DNA of 64,000 nt from contig CAYGBW010000101.1 in NCBI GenBank assembly GCA_964348185.1, positions 994-64,993 of the forward strand. Reading direction: 5' to 3'. The stretch comes from an uncultured Thermodesulfobacteriota bacterium (GTDB taxonomy: Bacteria > Desulfobacterota > BSN033 > WVXP01). Position numbers and translations under genes: made by a program. Of the stretch, positions 1 to 9,687 are shown piece after piece (position 1 is the first letter of the stretch; the number at the start of each line of letters is the position of its first letter). Under the pieces are notes generated by a model. It searched no databases. It was given only the letters and a program-made list of their open reading frames with translations, and was not told the DNA's origin.

Positions 1-1
1 C

Positions 2-754
2 CCGACAAACCCTTCAACCAACTACGTGTTGGGCTTGCTCATCGATTCCTTTGACAAGCCCCCGGTGATCCAGATGCCCTACAATCCGGCCTATTACGTC
101 GATCTCTTTGCGGACTATGGATTGACCAAGGGTCATGACCTTTATGCTTACTACATGGAGGACATCACTCCGATCTCCGATAAGATCAAGCGCGTGGTCG
201 AACGGGTGCGGAAGCGTAAAAACGTGACCGTCCGGTCGATCAATTTCAAAAGACTCAAGGAGGAGATCCAACTCATCAAGATCGTTTACAACGATGCCTG
301 GGAGAGGAACTGGGGTTTCGTGCCCTGGACCGACGAAGAGATAGAGCATGCGGGGAAGGATCTCAAAATGGGGGCCATCGAAGACCTCGTGCTCCTGGCC
401 TTCGTGGAGGGGGAGATCGCCGGCTTCTCCCTCTCTCTTCCTGACCTGAACCAGGCACTGAAACGTATCAACGGGCGGCTGTTGCCTTTCGGCCTGATCA
501 AGATACTCTGGTATTCCCGGAAGATCGACATGCTGCGCGTCCTGGCTTTGGGGGTTCGCAAGAAGTTCCAGAACCTCGGTCTCGATGCCATCTTTTACTA
601 CGAGACTTACACCCGGGGGATCAAACACGGGTTCCGCCGGGGGGAGTTCTCCTGGCTCCTGGAAAACAACCATGCGATGCGCAACGCCATCGAGAACTGG
701 GGCGCCCGGATCTACAAGACCTACCGGTTGTATACGAAGGATCTTTCAAGCTGA
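2..754 (+). CDS. GNAT-like N-acyltransferase family protein (5' end cut by window edge)
   Basis: The frame is open from nt 2 with no stop, so the listed GTG at 26 is probably internal. The C-terminal half carries a GNAT-style acetyl-CoA motif region (RKKFQNLGLD). I did not recognise a closer family. Confidence 0.6.
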   Translation, partial: PTNPSTNYVLGLLIDSFDKPPVIQMPYNPAYYVDLFADYGLTKGHDLYAYYMEDITPISDKIKRVVERVRKRKNVTVRSINFKRLKEEIQLIKIVYNDAWERNWGFVPWTDEEIEHAGKDLKMGAIEDLVLLAFVEGEIAGFSLSLPDLNQALKRINGRLLPFGLIKILWYSRKIDMLRVLALGVRKKFQNLGLDAIFYYETYTRGIKHGFRRGEFSWLLENNHAMRNAIENWGARIYKTYRLYTKDLSS

Positions 755-1160
755 GATAAACGCCGCCACGGCATTCGGCAGCGTACTCTGGTACTCAGTA
801 CCCCTCACACCGGGCGTGCGACAGATCAGGTTCTTCTTCGAGGCAGGCATCGGGGGGGGGGATAGGATGACAAGTTCCTATCGTGAAATGGGAGACATTT
901 TGGTGTGAATTCTGCTCATGGGAGGTTTCTGGTCGAAGATGAATTCATCGAAACAGCCACAGCCCCGATTATGCCATGATGATTACTTCAGAGATTATCA
1001 TCCGAGGATAGGGAGGTAGATCGGCCTGATCCGAAGTCGTTCGAGCCGGGCCAGAGATATTCATTCTTTCAGCTAGTTACTCTATATTTCTTCTGGTGGT
1101 TTCTAGCCCGAAATCACCGATTGTGAGCGTTTTGTAACGATGTTGATCAATCAAGATTCG

Positions 1161-2051
1161 TTATTCGCCGTAGATGGGCGTTCCTTCTCGACCGACAAGT
1201 TCCTTGAAGCCTCGCTTGATTTGGTTGGTTATGGGGCCAGGGACTCCCTCCCCTATACGCCGACCATCAATCCACACCATCGGCACAATTTCGAGACGGG
1301 TCGCAGTCGCGAAACATTCGTCACCCGTATATAGATCGTGCATTGTCAAAGGTTCCTCAGCCGTTTCCAGGCCTTGCTCCCGGCAAACGCGCAGAATCGC
1401 CCGCCTTGTAACTCCGTCCAGGACGCCAACCCAGAGTGGCGGAGTAACCACCCGAGAATGCTTTACAACGAAAAGGTTGTCACCCGTAAGCTCACAGACG
1501 AACCCCTGAGCGTTCAGGAAGATCGCTTCTTGAGCTCCAGCGGCATGGGCCTGCAGCTTGGCCAAGATGTTGTTGAGATAGTTGGTTGACTTTACTTGCG
1601 GGCTGAGGACATCGGGGCCACTGCGCCGTGTGGCAACGGTCACGGCTTTGATCCCCCTCTCGCTTGCACGCGTCTGGCCAATATCCTCCGGGTGGCGGAT
1701 CTCAGAATCTACAATAACGACCAGGGTCGCCTTCGGACACTTGATAGGATCTAGACCTAGAGGTCCTGACCCCCGGCTCGCCACGGGCCGGATGTAGGCG
1801 TCTCGCAAACTGTTGCGACGCACAGTCTCCAGGATCACCTCTTTCATCGCATCGCGACTCAGAGGCAATTCCAACATGATGGACTGGGCCGACTCGTAGA
1901 AGCGATCCACATGCTCCTCCAGGCCAAAGATTCGTCCATCGTAGGCGCGGATGCCCTCAAATACCCCATCCCCATAGAGAAATCCGTGATCGAAAACCGA
2001 AATCTTGGCTTGGTCTTCTGAAACGAAATCACCATTCAGATAAAAGATCAT
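1161..2051 (-). CDS. ilvE: class IV (branched-chain / D-amino-acid) aminotransferase
   Basis: 296 aa. The N-terminus (FDHGFLYGDGVFEGIRAY) and the later KSTNYLNNILA and TPP..GVLDGVTR segments are typical of fold-type IV PLP aminotransferases. Confidence 0.85.
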   Translation of the reverse strand: MIFYLNGDFVSEDQAKISVFDHGFLYGDGVFEGIRAYDGRIFGLEEHVDRFYESAQSIMLELPLSRDAMKEVILETVRRNSLRDAYIRPVASRGSGPLGLDPIKCPKATLVVIVDSEIRHPEDIGQTRASERGIKAVTVATRRSGPDVLSPQVKSTNYLNNILAKLQAHAAGAQEAIFLNAQGFVCELTGDNLFVVKHSRVVTPPLWVGVLDGVTRRAILRVCREQGLETAEEPLTMHDLYTGDECFATATRLEIVPMVWIDGRRIGEGVPGPITNQIKRGFKELVGREGTPIYGE

Positions 2052-2198
2052 AACAGAACCTCACGTTTTCTGGAGTCAACTACCACCCCTGGAAGGGGTA
2101 GCTTGATTGCGACCCTAAAAGGGCCTTATCTATCTCTCACAGAGGGTACAGAGACTCAGAGTTTTTGAGCGAATCTTTGAGAGGAAGACTACAAAAAT

Positions 2199-2325
2199 GT
2201 TCAATTCGTTCAAGTTGTTCGATTCGTTCAAGACGCAAATCCATTTCGAAATCACCAAACCACCCGAACACGAGATCAAGCTGCTCGAACAAGCGAAGCG
2301 ATTGAACAATTCGAACGATCCGAAC
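2199..2325. promoter_or_regulatory. dyad of 9-bp-phased GTTCRA hexamers in the gap between the two aminotransferase genes
   Basis: On the top strand GTTCAA/GTTCGA start at 2199, 2208, 2217 and 2226, an exact 9-nt phase. The bottom strand has the same hexamer ending at 2307, 2316 and 2325, with degenerate copies further upstream. The two arms form an imperfect inverted repeat of about 26 nt. Confidence 0.4.
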
Positions 2326-2420
2326 CTCTCTGGGCGCTCTAGCGACCCTGAGCCGAGCCGAAGGGAGCGGGCGAGAGATCATCAGAAGATCCTTATCGGG
2401 TCGCTTAGCCCCTCCTTGGC

Positions 2421-3809
2421 TTACTGGGAGATTAACTCCGGCGCCGCCTGTTCGACGTAAGGTCTCATTTCCACCAGACAATCCTTCAGCGCAACGCCCG
2501 CCTCATCGACCTCTTTTTCACCCATGGGGGTCGAGACGTTGAACATGGCTCTTGTCGCCGCAAAAACCCCTCGATCCATAAGCATCAGATGGAGAATCGT
2601 CCTCATATCTGCTCTCCCGGTCGCAGCACCTCGCCAGTCCGTGACTTCCTGATTCGTGAAGTGAATCTGACCCAATGAGCCTGTTCCGGTTACCTCAGCG
2701 ATGATTCCGACTTCCTCCAACACCCTACAAAAGTTGCTCCTTAACCTGTCACCCAACCCATTGATTCGATCAATCTCAGTAGCCGTTAACACTTTGAGTG
2801 TTGCCAATCCGGCCACCATGCTCACTGGGTTCCCATTGAAGGTTCCCGAATGCCCTATGGAACCAGGGTTCAATGGAGAAAAAAGATCCATGAGTTCCGC
2901 ACGACCGGCGACTCCACCCACAGGATATCCACCGCCGATTATCTTCCCCAAAGTGGTCAAATCGGGAGCGACGTCATGGATCTCCTGACAGCCACCCTTT
3001 GCCAATCTAAACGAAATGACCTCGTCAAAGATCAATGGAATCCTATACCGGCATGCCAATTCTCTCAACGTCTTGAGGAAGTCTGGATGAGCCGGTATCA
3101 TCCCGCAGGCTCCTTGCACTGGCTCCACGATGATGGCAGCCAAATCCTCGTGATGTTCTTCAACGATTCGCTCCGCTATCCGGCTTCTGTTAAACGGCGC
3201 AATGATGCAATCACTGACAACATTGGGGGGTATGCTGGTATCTTCCGGCACACTGTTCGGGCTCTCGATAGATCCGGCCTTCTCCAAGGTCGGCTTAATG
3301 CTGATCTCCGCCAGATCGTGACTCCCGTGATAGCCCCCCTCCATTTTTAGGACCTTGTATTTCTTCCTATAGGCTCTGGCCAAACGGATGGCAGCAAGTG
3401 TTGCTTCCGTTCCCGAATTGCAAAACCTTACCCTTTCTGCTGAAGGCAATCGATCACAGATTTCCTCGGCAAGCCTAACCTGGCTGTCTACCGGAGAAGC
3501 ATAGGCAGACCCTCGTCTGACCTGGTCGTTCACGGCCTCCACAACTCGAGGATGGGCATGTCCGTGTACCAGTGAGGTGTAGTTGTTTACAAAATCGATG
3601 TATCTATTGGCGTCAACATCATGAAGCCGGCATCCTTCACCACGTCCCATGAAAGACGGAAAAGGTCGGTGAAACGTCACGGTCCTTGTGTTTCCTCCAG
3701 GTAGAAACCGTTGAGCCTCCTTATGTAACTGCTCTGATTTAGGCCTCTTGGAGGCATAGGTCCTGTGAATACCCTTCACAAAATCATCAAACAGCTTCTT
3801 GTCAATCAT
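2421..3809 (-). CDS. class III aminotransferase (glutamate-1-semialdehyde aminomutase-like)
   Basis: 462 aa. It has the FDEVISFR segment and GGYPVGG / GTFNGNP motifs typical of the GSA-aminomutase / omega-aminotransferase family. Confidence 0.85.
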   Translation of the reverse strand: MIDKKLFDDFVKGIHRTYASKRPKSEQLHKEAQRFLPGGNTRTVTFHRPFPSFMGRGEGCRLHDVDANRYIDFVNNYTSLVHGHAHPRVVEAVNDQVRRGSAYASPVDSQVRLAEEICDRLPSAERVRFCNSGTEATLAAIRLARAYRKKYKVLKMEGGYHGSHDLAEISIKPTLEKAGSIESPNSVPEDTSIPPNVVSDCIIAPFNRSRIAERIVEEHHEDLAAIIVEPVQGACGMIPAHPDFLKTLRELACRYRIPLIFDEVISFRLAKGGCQEIHDVAPDLTTLGKIIGGGYPVGGVAGRAELMDLFSPLNPGSIGHSGTFNGNPVSMVAGLATLKVLTATEIDRINGLGDRLRSNFCRVLEEVGIIAEVTGTGSLGQIHFTNQEVTDWRGAATGRADMRTILHLMLMDRGVFAATRAMFNVSTPMGEKEVDEAGVALKDCLVEMRPYVEQAAPELISQ

Positions 3810-3986
3810 AGAAATCCCCTTTTACGAACCGTTTTTCAACCATAGAATTACACATGATTCTTCCGACGCTAACCTTTCGCTTCCTTTCTATCTCGCGGCC
3901 GACCAATGCCCGGTCAACGCATATCCGTGCCTTGCTTTTATCCTGAAAAGTCCAGAAACCGTCAACCGATAGGATTCCGCTCAGAA

Positions 3987-5699
3987 TCACCTTTGAAAGG
4001 TCGGCGCAGGCCAGGCGGGGTGATGCTCCGGGTCGGTGACCACATCAACGACGGCTGGCACATCTGCCGCCAGGGCCGTCTCCAATGCGGCTCTTATCGC
4101 TCCAGGACGCTCCACCCGTATTCCCAAACAGCCGAGCTCTTGAGCTATTCTGGCGAAGTTGACGTCTCGGAACTTATACATATCATCTTTGTTCCCAGGG
4201 GTATCGCCATAGGCGAGGTTTATTCCCTGCAAGCATTGTAACAGACAGTGATTATTGTTCACTACGGTCACCGTTTTTATCCCCCAACGAACCGCGGTCT
4301 CAAGCTCGCTCAGGTGATACCAGAATCCTCCGTCTCCGGTGAAGCAGATCACGGGCCGTTCCGGTGCTGCGCATTTTGCTCCCAATGACGCCGGGAACGC
4401 CCAACCCAGGGAACCGGCGGACCGGAGATAGGTTTGTCCAGGATCCGTGAGGTCCATCATCGTACCCGTCCAGAGGCTTGAGTAGCCCGTATCTGCGACC
4501 AGGATGGCGTTGGATGGTAGGCTATTTGTAAGCTCTTTGCACAACCTCTCTGGAAGTATTGGCGAAGCGTCGGAGTTGACCAAAGGCTCCACCTCCTCGC
4601 GCCACCCCTGCACCAATTGGTGAGCCCGGTGGGTCCACGTCTTCTTCCTGCCTTTAGGTTTAACCCATTCCATGAGCCGGCTAACCGTGACCCTGGCGTC
4701 TCCCATAAGCCCGACCGTATTGGGATAGCTTCTGCCCAATTCGGACGGATTGATATCGATCTGGATCACCGGCGTGCCCGGCTGGGGTACGGTCCACGCA
4801 TTGGTGACTTGTTCTCCAGTGCCGCTTCCGACATACAGCACCAGGTCGGCCTCTGTAACTATCTGGTTGGCGCACCAGCGGGAATAGGAGCCGACCACCC
4901 CCACACTGAGGGGATGGCCTTCCGAGATCGTCCCTTTCCCATTAAGGGAGGTGGCCACTGGCATGGAAAGCATTTCTGCAAGCTTCACGATTTCAGGCCC
5001 TGCTGAGGACGCCGTCGCTCCGCCGCCTGCGACAACGACGGGCCTCTCGGCATCTGCCAGAATCCGAGCTGACTCTCGCACACAATGATCTTCGGGCTCG
5101 GACCGTCTTGCCGGGTAATGGGTGAAGGGTTGTTCAACGATGACTTTCAGATCTGTCTCAGACAGAGCAATCGCTTCTCCCTGATACCCCAAAAAATCCA
5201 AATGGACAGGGCCCGGCGCTCCGCAGGTCGCCTCACGGAAGGCCTGACGGAGCAGGTAGGGGAGTTGTTCTACGGTGTCCACGCATGCGTTATACTTGGT
5301 GACCGGCTCATACATGATATTGTGAAGAATCTCCTGATAGGCGTGCCGATACTGAGCAATCGGAGGTTTGCGCCCGGTTATCGCGATAACCGGCGAAAAT
5401 CCAAGAAACGCATCTTGAAGCCCGGCCGCCAGATTTGCAGCTCCCACCGACTGGGCCATGCATATCCCCGGTCCGCGCCTCACTCGAGCATATCCGTCTG
5501 CCATGTATGCAGCTGCCTTTTCCGAATGAGTCAAAATCCGACGGATTCCCAAGGTCTCCATCTCTACGAGGGCTCGCCTCAGAATGGCGTCGACCCAAAA
5601 GACGTGGGTCACACCGTAGCCTTTGAAAGTCTCAGCAATAAAACGGGCTCCAGATATCCGAGCCGCTTTGGCACCCGTACCTTGTAATCTCATTCTCAT
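3987..5699 (-). CDS. thiamine-diphosphate-dependent enzyme (acetolactate-synthase large-subunit-like)
   Basis: 570 aa. It has the TPP-binding GDGGF...NN motif (FTGDGGFWYHLSELETAVRWGIKTVTVVNNN) and an N-terminal Pyr-domain-like region. The substrate cannot be assigned from sequence. Confidence 0.85.
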   Translation of the reverse strand: MRMRLQGTGAKAARISGARFIAETFKGYGVTHVFWVDAILRRALVEMETLGIRRILTHSEKAAAYMADGYARVRRGPGICMAQSVGAANLAAGLQDAFLGFSPVIAITGRKPPIAQYRHAYQEILHNIMYEPVTKYNACVDTVEQLPYLLRQAFREATCGAPGPVHLDFLGYQGEAIALSETDLKVIVEQPFTHYPARRSEPEDHCVRESARILADAERPVVVAGGGATASSAGPEIVKLAEMLSMPVATSLNGKGTISEGHPLSVGVVGSYSRWCANQIVTEADLVLYVGSGTGEQVTNAWTVPQPGTPVIQIDINPSELGRSYPNTVGLMGDARVTVSRLMEWVKPKGRKKTWTHRAHQLVQGWREEVEPLVNSDASPILPERLCKELTNSLPSNAILVADTGYSSLWTGTMMDLTDPGQTYLRSAGSLGWAFPASLGAKCAAPERPVICFTGDGGFWYHLSELETAVRWGIKTVTVVNNNHCLLQCLQGINLAYGDTPGNKDDMYKFRDVNFARIAQELGCLGIRVERPGAIRAALETALAADVPAVVDVVTDPEHHPAWPAPTFQR

Positions 5700-6556
5700 A
5701 CTTCCTCAAGAGACAATCCTCTTGAGTGAAAGCGATGACCCAAAAGGGGAGATAAGATAATACGACAAACCCCAATGCTTCTCAAGTTGGAAAACGATGA
5801 TGCGTGACACAGGCGAAGTCAATCTCCGCCCCACATTCACTGACGAGTACGGGTTCGACTCCCTCGACACTGTGGAATAGGAAATGGGTGACCCCTTCGA
5901 AGAGTTCCATACCTTCCACATCCTGGCCCTAGACCTGTCCTTTTCTATCAAGATATTCGGCGACTTCTCTTGTGACGAGAACGGCTAAATTGCTATGGAT
6001 TAGGGCACTTGTATCAGGGAATGCATCGAATGATTTAAATAGTTTTAATTTCTAAATGGTTAGGATATATCTTCTAATGTTTAAATTTATGCGAATAATT
6101 TGGTTAGAATCTGATGTGTAAGTACTTGTAAAGAGATAAAAATTGGTAGCGAAAAGGAGATCCCAATTCCAGTCTCAAAAACTCCTAGTGCCGAGGCATT
6201 TAGGCTTGAATTGAAATGTGGAAGTGGCAGGGGTCATTTTTGGACTTTGCAAACTCAAATCGATTCTTTTGTATTGTGTATTTAAATGGTTCACTAAAAG
6301 AGCTTAGAAATCACATTAACACGATTGGCACGTAATCTTGTGTGCCTCTACGTACTCGAGGGAGGTGGCAGGGGAGGGTGACGATCGTATCGTGCCATCA
6401 GCGCTTTGGTGTTTGGCCTCAGGCAGAAGGCCTTCCCTATAAACTTCTCCTTACCCTTGCCTTGTGTAAAGAATCGCCTCAGCCCTTGAAAAGACCTTTT
6501 CTATTGTTCTAAAATCTAATACACGAAGGGAGAAGCAATCTCCCTTTGATCGTCTT

Positions 6557-6601
6557 CCCTCTACTGGTTTTGCCCCCCAATGCCGGTAGAGGGATTTTTT
6601 T
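6557..6601 (+). terminator. rho-independent terminator (11-bp stem, then a T7 run)
   Basis: CCCTCTACTGG (6557-6567) pairs with CCGGTAGAGGG (6583-6593) with one G-U pair, followed by A then TTTTTTT. It is preceded by a second hairpin, AAGGGAGA-agcaa-TCTCCCTT, at 6526-6546. No CDS lies upstream on this strand. Confidence 0.55.
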
Positions 6602-6891
6602 GCGTGTCTATCCACGGGGTTTCCAACTGCTTGGCTCAGCGTGTTGCTGGAGTAGTGGATCGGACCCACAGGCGTACCCCTTAGAATGCTCCCGTGAAAC
6701 TGAGAATAGATATCCCATCATGGGTTTCTGAAATCCACAGAGACCTCTAAAGAACCCAAAACGTCGCACTTGGTGGGAATCAAGATTCTTTGATAACCAT
6801 GCTCAGCGAAGCGGAGAGGTAGATTTGTGGAAGAAAATACTTTATCCTTCTTCGAAATCGGAGTGTTTCACACACGACGGGAGGACGAGAG

Positions 6892-7347
6892 ATGGATCCG
6901 TTAGACGGGATACCGATTGACCAAGCCTCGTATCACTTGGGCATGATTACGGCCTTTGTTGAGATCGTGGCGGCGGGTGTGAAAAAACTGGGATTGAGCC
7001 CCCCCCTCGATCCAGAGGAACTGGAACGACTGCTGAAAGGGGCAGAGAGGGTTGCCACGGCGTATGGCGTAAAGCTCTATCGTGAAAAAGAGTTCATAAC
7101 CACAGATCTTTTCGATCCTGAGTTCACCCGAGGCAAGCACGTTCTTCTGATCTATCAGGATCCAGAGGTCAAGGATATCTATATAGCCCTCAAGGAGGAA
7201 AAGGCGGGCCTTATCAAGGCAGGGCATTTCCAGGGAGAACAGAGGAAAGAGATTGCGAGAAAACTGGGCCGTCTTCTTAGCTACGGGGAAGACCAGATAG
7301 AGAAGATGCTTTCAAAGGTTCCGAGTTCACCGTACATGCTCGATTGA
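6892..7347 (+). CDS. hypothetical protein (151 aa)
   Basis: A clean ORF with protein-like composition. No family recognised. Confidence 0.55.
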   Translation: MDPLDGIPIDQASYHLGMITAFVEIVAAGVKKLGLSPPLDPEELERLLKGAERVATAYGVKLYREKEFITTDLFDPEFTRGKHVLLIYQDPEVKDIYIALKEEKAGLIKAGHFQGEQRKEIARKLGRLLSYGEDQIEKMLSKVPSSPYMLD

Positions 7348-7540
7348 ATAGGCTGATCACCACCCCGGCTGCCACGGGAAAGCTGCCGTTCGATATTCAA
7401 ACTGCCAACCAGGGTAAAGCTGTTCGCCTGAAAGGCGAAGGTTTTGAACCTGGCGAATGGAAAATAATGGGGCTCCCGTCAGAAGCTGTGTGAGTCAGGC
7501 ATCCTGCGAATCCAGGGATCAAGCTCTGTCGTGAATCCTA

Positions 7541-7957
7541 TCACAACAGGGGAGAGCTAGCTTTCTCAACCACAGAGAACTCTCTGTTGTTAGGATGTTT
7601 GGATAGGGTCTTCAGGATCGGATTGATTTTGATTGCCCAGCCGATTCTCGTGCTTCCCAAGGTCCCTTGGACAAGGCCAACCCATTCAGGGGTCCCATCT
7701 CTCAAGCTCAAAACCGGTGCACCGCTGTCACCGGGCACGACGCCATTTGAGATCACAAAGAGATCGCCATCTCTGATGTCCTGTGCTCGACATGAGAGAT
7801 TTCCTTCCTCGATGTAACGCAGCCATATTGAGTAAGCAGTATGAAGATGGCCATGGCGATCAGGGCAAGCCTCTTCAGAAATGGTGATCCCCTCTCCGTT
7901 TTGCCCAACCAAAGGGCTAGGAGCAGATAGAGAGTCATTTCTATTCATCCGAAACAA
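7541..7957 (-). CDS. trypsin-like serine peptidase, C-terminal half only (possible gene remnant)
   Basis: It has the GDSGAPV catalytic-serine motif followed by W.GLVQG. At 138 aa it lacks room for the N-terminal barrel of the chymotrypsin fold, and only about 130 nt separate it from the next gene. Confidence 0.45.
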   Translation of the reverse strand: MFRMNRNDSLSAPSPLVGQNGEGITISEEACPDRHGHLHTAYSIWLRYIEEGNLSCRAQDIRDGDLFVISNGVVPGDSGAPVLSLRDGTPEWVGLVQGTLGSTRIGWAIKINPILKTLSKHPNNREFSVVEKASSPLL

Positions 7958-8085
7958 AATAAGGATTGTTTTTTCTTTTTATAAATAATATAAACAAGCC
8001 CCAGATATCTTTTCGAATTACTGAAATACGATTGAGATCTTCTCCGAATCGAGATAAAATCAAGGACAAATGGGGGCGATTCACC

Positions 8086-8532
8086 ATGGATACCATCGAC
8101 AGAAAGATTCTTAGCCTTTTGCAGGACGACGGCAGGACAACCGTTCTCGACATTGCCAGAGCGGTCAACCTTTCCTCGCCCTCGGTCTGCGAGAGGTTGA
8201 AGAAACTCCACAACAGGGGTTACATCAAAAAGTATGTGGCCATCTTGGATGAAAAAAAACTGGGAAAAGAGACAACCGCCTTTGTTCACGTCAATATCAA
8301 ATATCCCAAATACCTTCCGGGCTTTATCTCAAAGATCAGGGAGTTTCCAGAAATACTCGAGTGCCATAGGATCACCGGGAACCATTCCTGTATTCTCAAG
8401 GTTAGAGTGGAGAACACCGAGGCTCTCGATCAGCTCTTGACCCAACAGATTGGAGAAATCGAGGGGGTAACCAATTCAACCACTGAGATGGTTCTCTCGA
8501 CGATAAAAGAAGAGACAAAATTGAACCTCTGA
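8086..8532 (+). CDS. Lrp/AsnC family transcriptional regulator
   Basis: MDTIDRKILSLLQDDGRTTVLDIARAVNLSSPSVCERLKKL is the classic AsnC HTH, followed by an RAM-like domain. The ATG at 8086 is chosen over the upstream ORF-track start. Confidence 0.9.
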   Translation: MDTIDRKILSLLQDDGRTTVLDIARAVNLSSPSVCERLKKLHNRGYIKKYVAILDEKKLGKETTAFVHVNIKYPKYLPGFISKIREFPEILECHRITGNHSCILKVRVENTEALDQLLTQQIGEIEGVTNSTTEMVLSTIKEETKLNL

Positions 8533-8670
8533 TCTGGTTGGTTTTGGGGAGCGACATGTGATCCACGCGTGGGTGGATCGCTGGGGTTATCAGGCGTCTT
8601 TTTCAGCTCCCTCGGTCGAAGGAGGGAAAAGCCCCAAAGGCGATGTTTCTCTACTGAGAGACGGACCAGG

Positions 8671-9330
8671 CTAAGATTGAATTTTGTCCAGGTCGAGCTG
8701 GTCGATGAGGACGATACCCCGATGCTCCATCTCATCCAGGGCCTTTTGGTAGGTTTCGGGGGTAACCCCTCGAGTCAGGTTCTTAATCACAATCACCTTG
8801 TACCCTCGAACTACTGCGTCAAGGGCTGTGGCTTTGACGCAGTAATCAGTAGCAATGCCGTAAATCACCAATTGAGTTATCCTTCTCTCCTGAAGGAGGG
8901 GGTGAAGGTCTGTCTTGTGTCCTCCATCATCCTCGAATCCCGAATAGCTCTCAAACTCAATTTTCGAGCCTGTCTTTACAACAACCTCGAAGAGTTTCTC
9001 ATCAAGAAGCAGCTTGGCACCCTCCGTTCCCTGTACACAGTGAGGAGGCCACAAAACCTGCGCTTTGCCCCGGACGGTGATCACATCAAACGGTTTCTTG
9101 CCTTTGTGGCTGGTAAAAAATGAGATGTGTTCACGAGGATGCCAGTCCATGGTCGCAAAAATCGGTAAGCCCTCCCGTTTCAGCATCTCGGTGCTTTCCC
9201 TCACCTGATCGATGAAATCCTGGTCTGTCCCTTCGACGGCCAAGGCCCCGTCTGCGAGATGAGTAAAGTCTCTCTGAACATCGATCACAATGACCCCTAT
9301 CTTCTCTTTTTCCTTGCTCAGCATCCCCAT
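8671..9330 (-). CDS. pncA: nicotinamidase / isochorismatase-family hydrolase
   Basis: The VIDVQRDF, WPPHCVQGT and ATDYCVKATALDA motifs match the nicotinamidase catalytic pattern, including the Cys. Confidence 0.85.
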   Translation of the reverse strand: MGMLSKEKEKIGVIVIDVQRDFTHLADGALAVEGTDQDFIDQVRESTEMLKREGLPIFATMDWHPREHISFFTSHKGKKPFDVITVRGKAQVLWPPHCVQGTEGAKLLLDEKLFEVVVKTGSKIEFESYSGFEDDGGHKTDLHPLLQERRITQLVIYGIATDYCVKATALDAVVRGYKVIVIKNLTRGVTPETYQKALDEMEHRGIVLIDQLDLDKIQS

Positions 9331-9687
9331 ACCTCATTCTTAAGGGAGTATTGCCTAAGTATAAATCGTTTTGAGCGGTTCTTCGAGTTTTTTTTCAGAT
9401 CAATCCTGGGGAATGGTCGTTGGAGTTCCACTCTCTCCCAGGATTTGAGTCAAAAGGCCGAGTTCCCCCTCCTTCCTTGGAATCAATACCCATGAGAAGA
9501 TTGGATCATTCGACAAAGGATTTCATCTTCATTCCAATCCCCATCTCACATAACCTCTCGACGAATCGATGTCACACTGGGGAGTTCTTCATTCCCGAGG
9601 CCAAAGGGAGCAGATTCTGATCCCGGAAACCCCTTCATTCCATCCTGCACCGGTCTCACCTTGGTTCTACAGCGATTGCTGGACGAA

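Noticed and set aside
852-861. A G10 homopolymer tract that could act as a slipped-strand phase-variation switch.
   Set aside because: It lies in the spacer between two convergent gene ends (754 and 1161). It is not within or upstream of any ORF or plausible promoter, so it has no obvious target to switch.
5851-5863. GGGTTCGACTCCC is a T-arm-like sequence next to the AT-rich stretch, which could be a tRNA/tmRNA 3' fragment marking an old integration site.
   Set aside because: The flanking bases do not complete a 5-bp T stem or an acceptor stem, and no D arm or anticodon arm precedes it. No integrase or direct repeat partner is visible in the window. A similar partial motif at about 57553-57576 (GGAATCGAAACC) fails in the same way.
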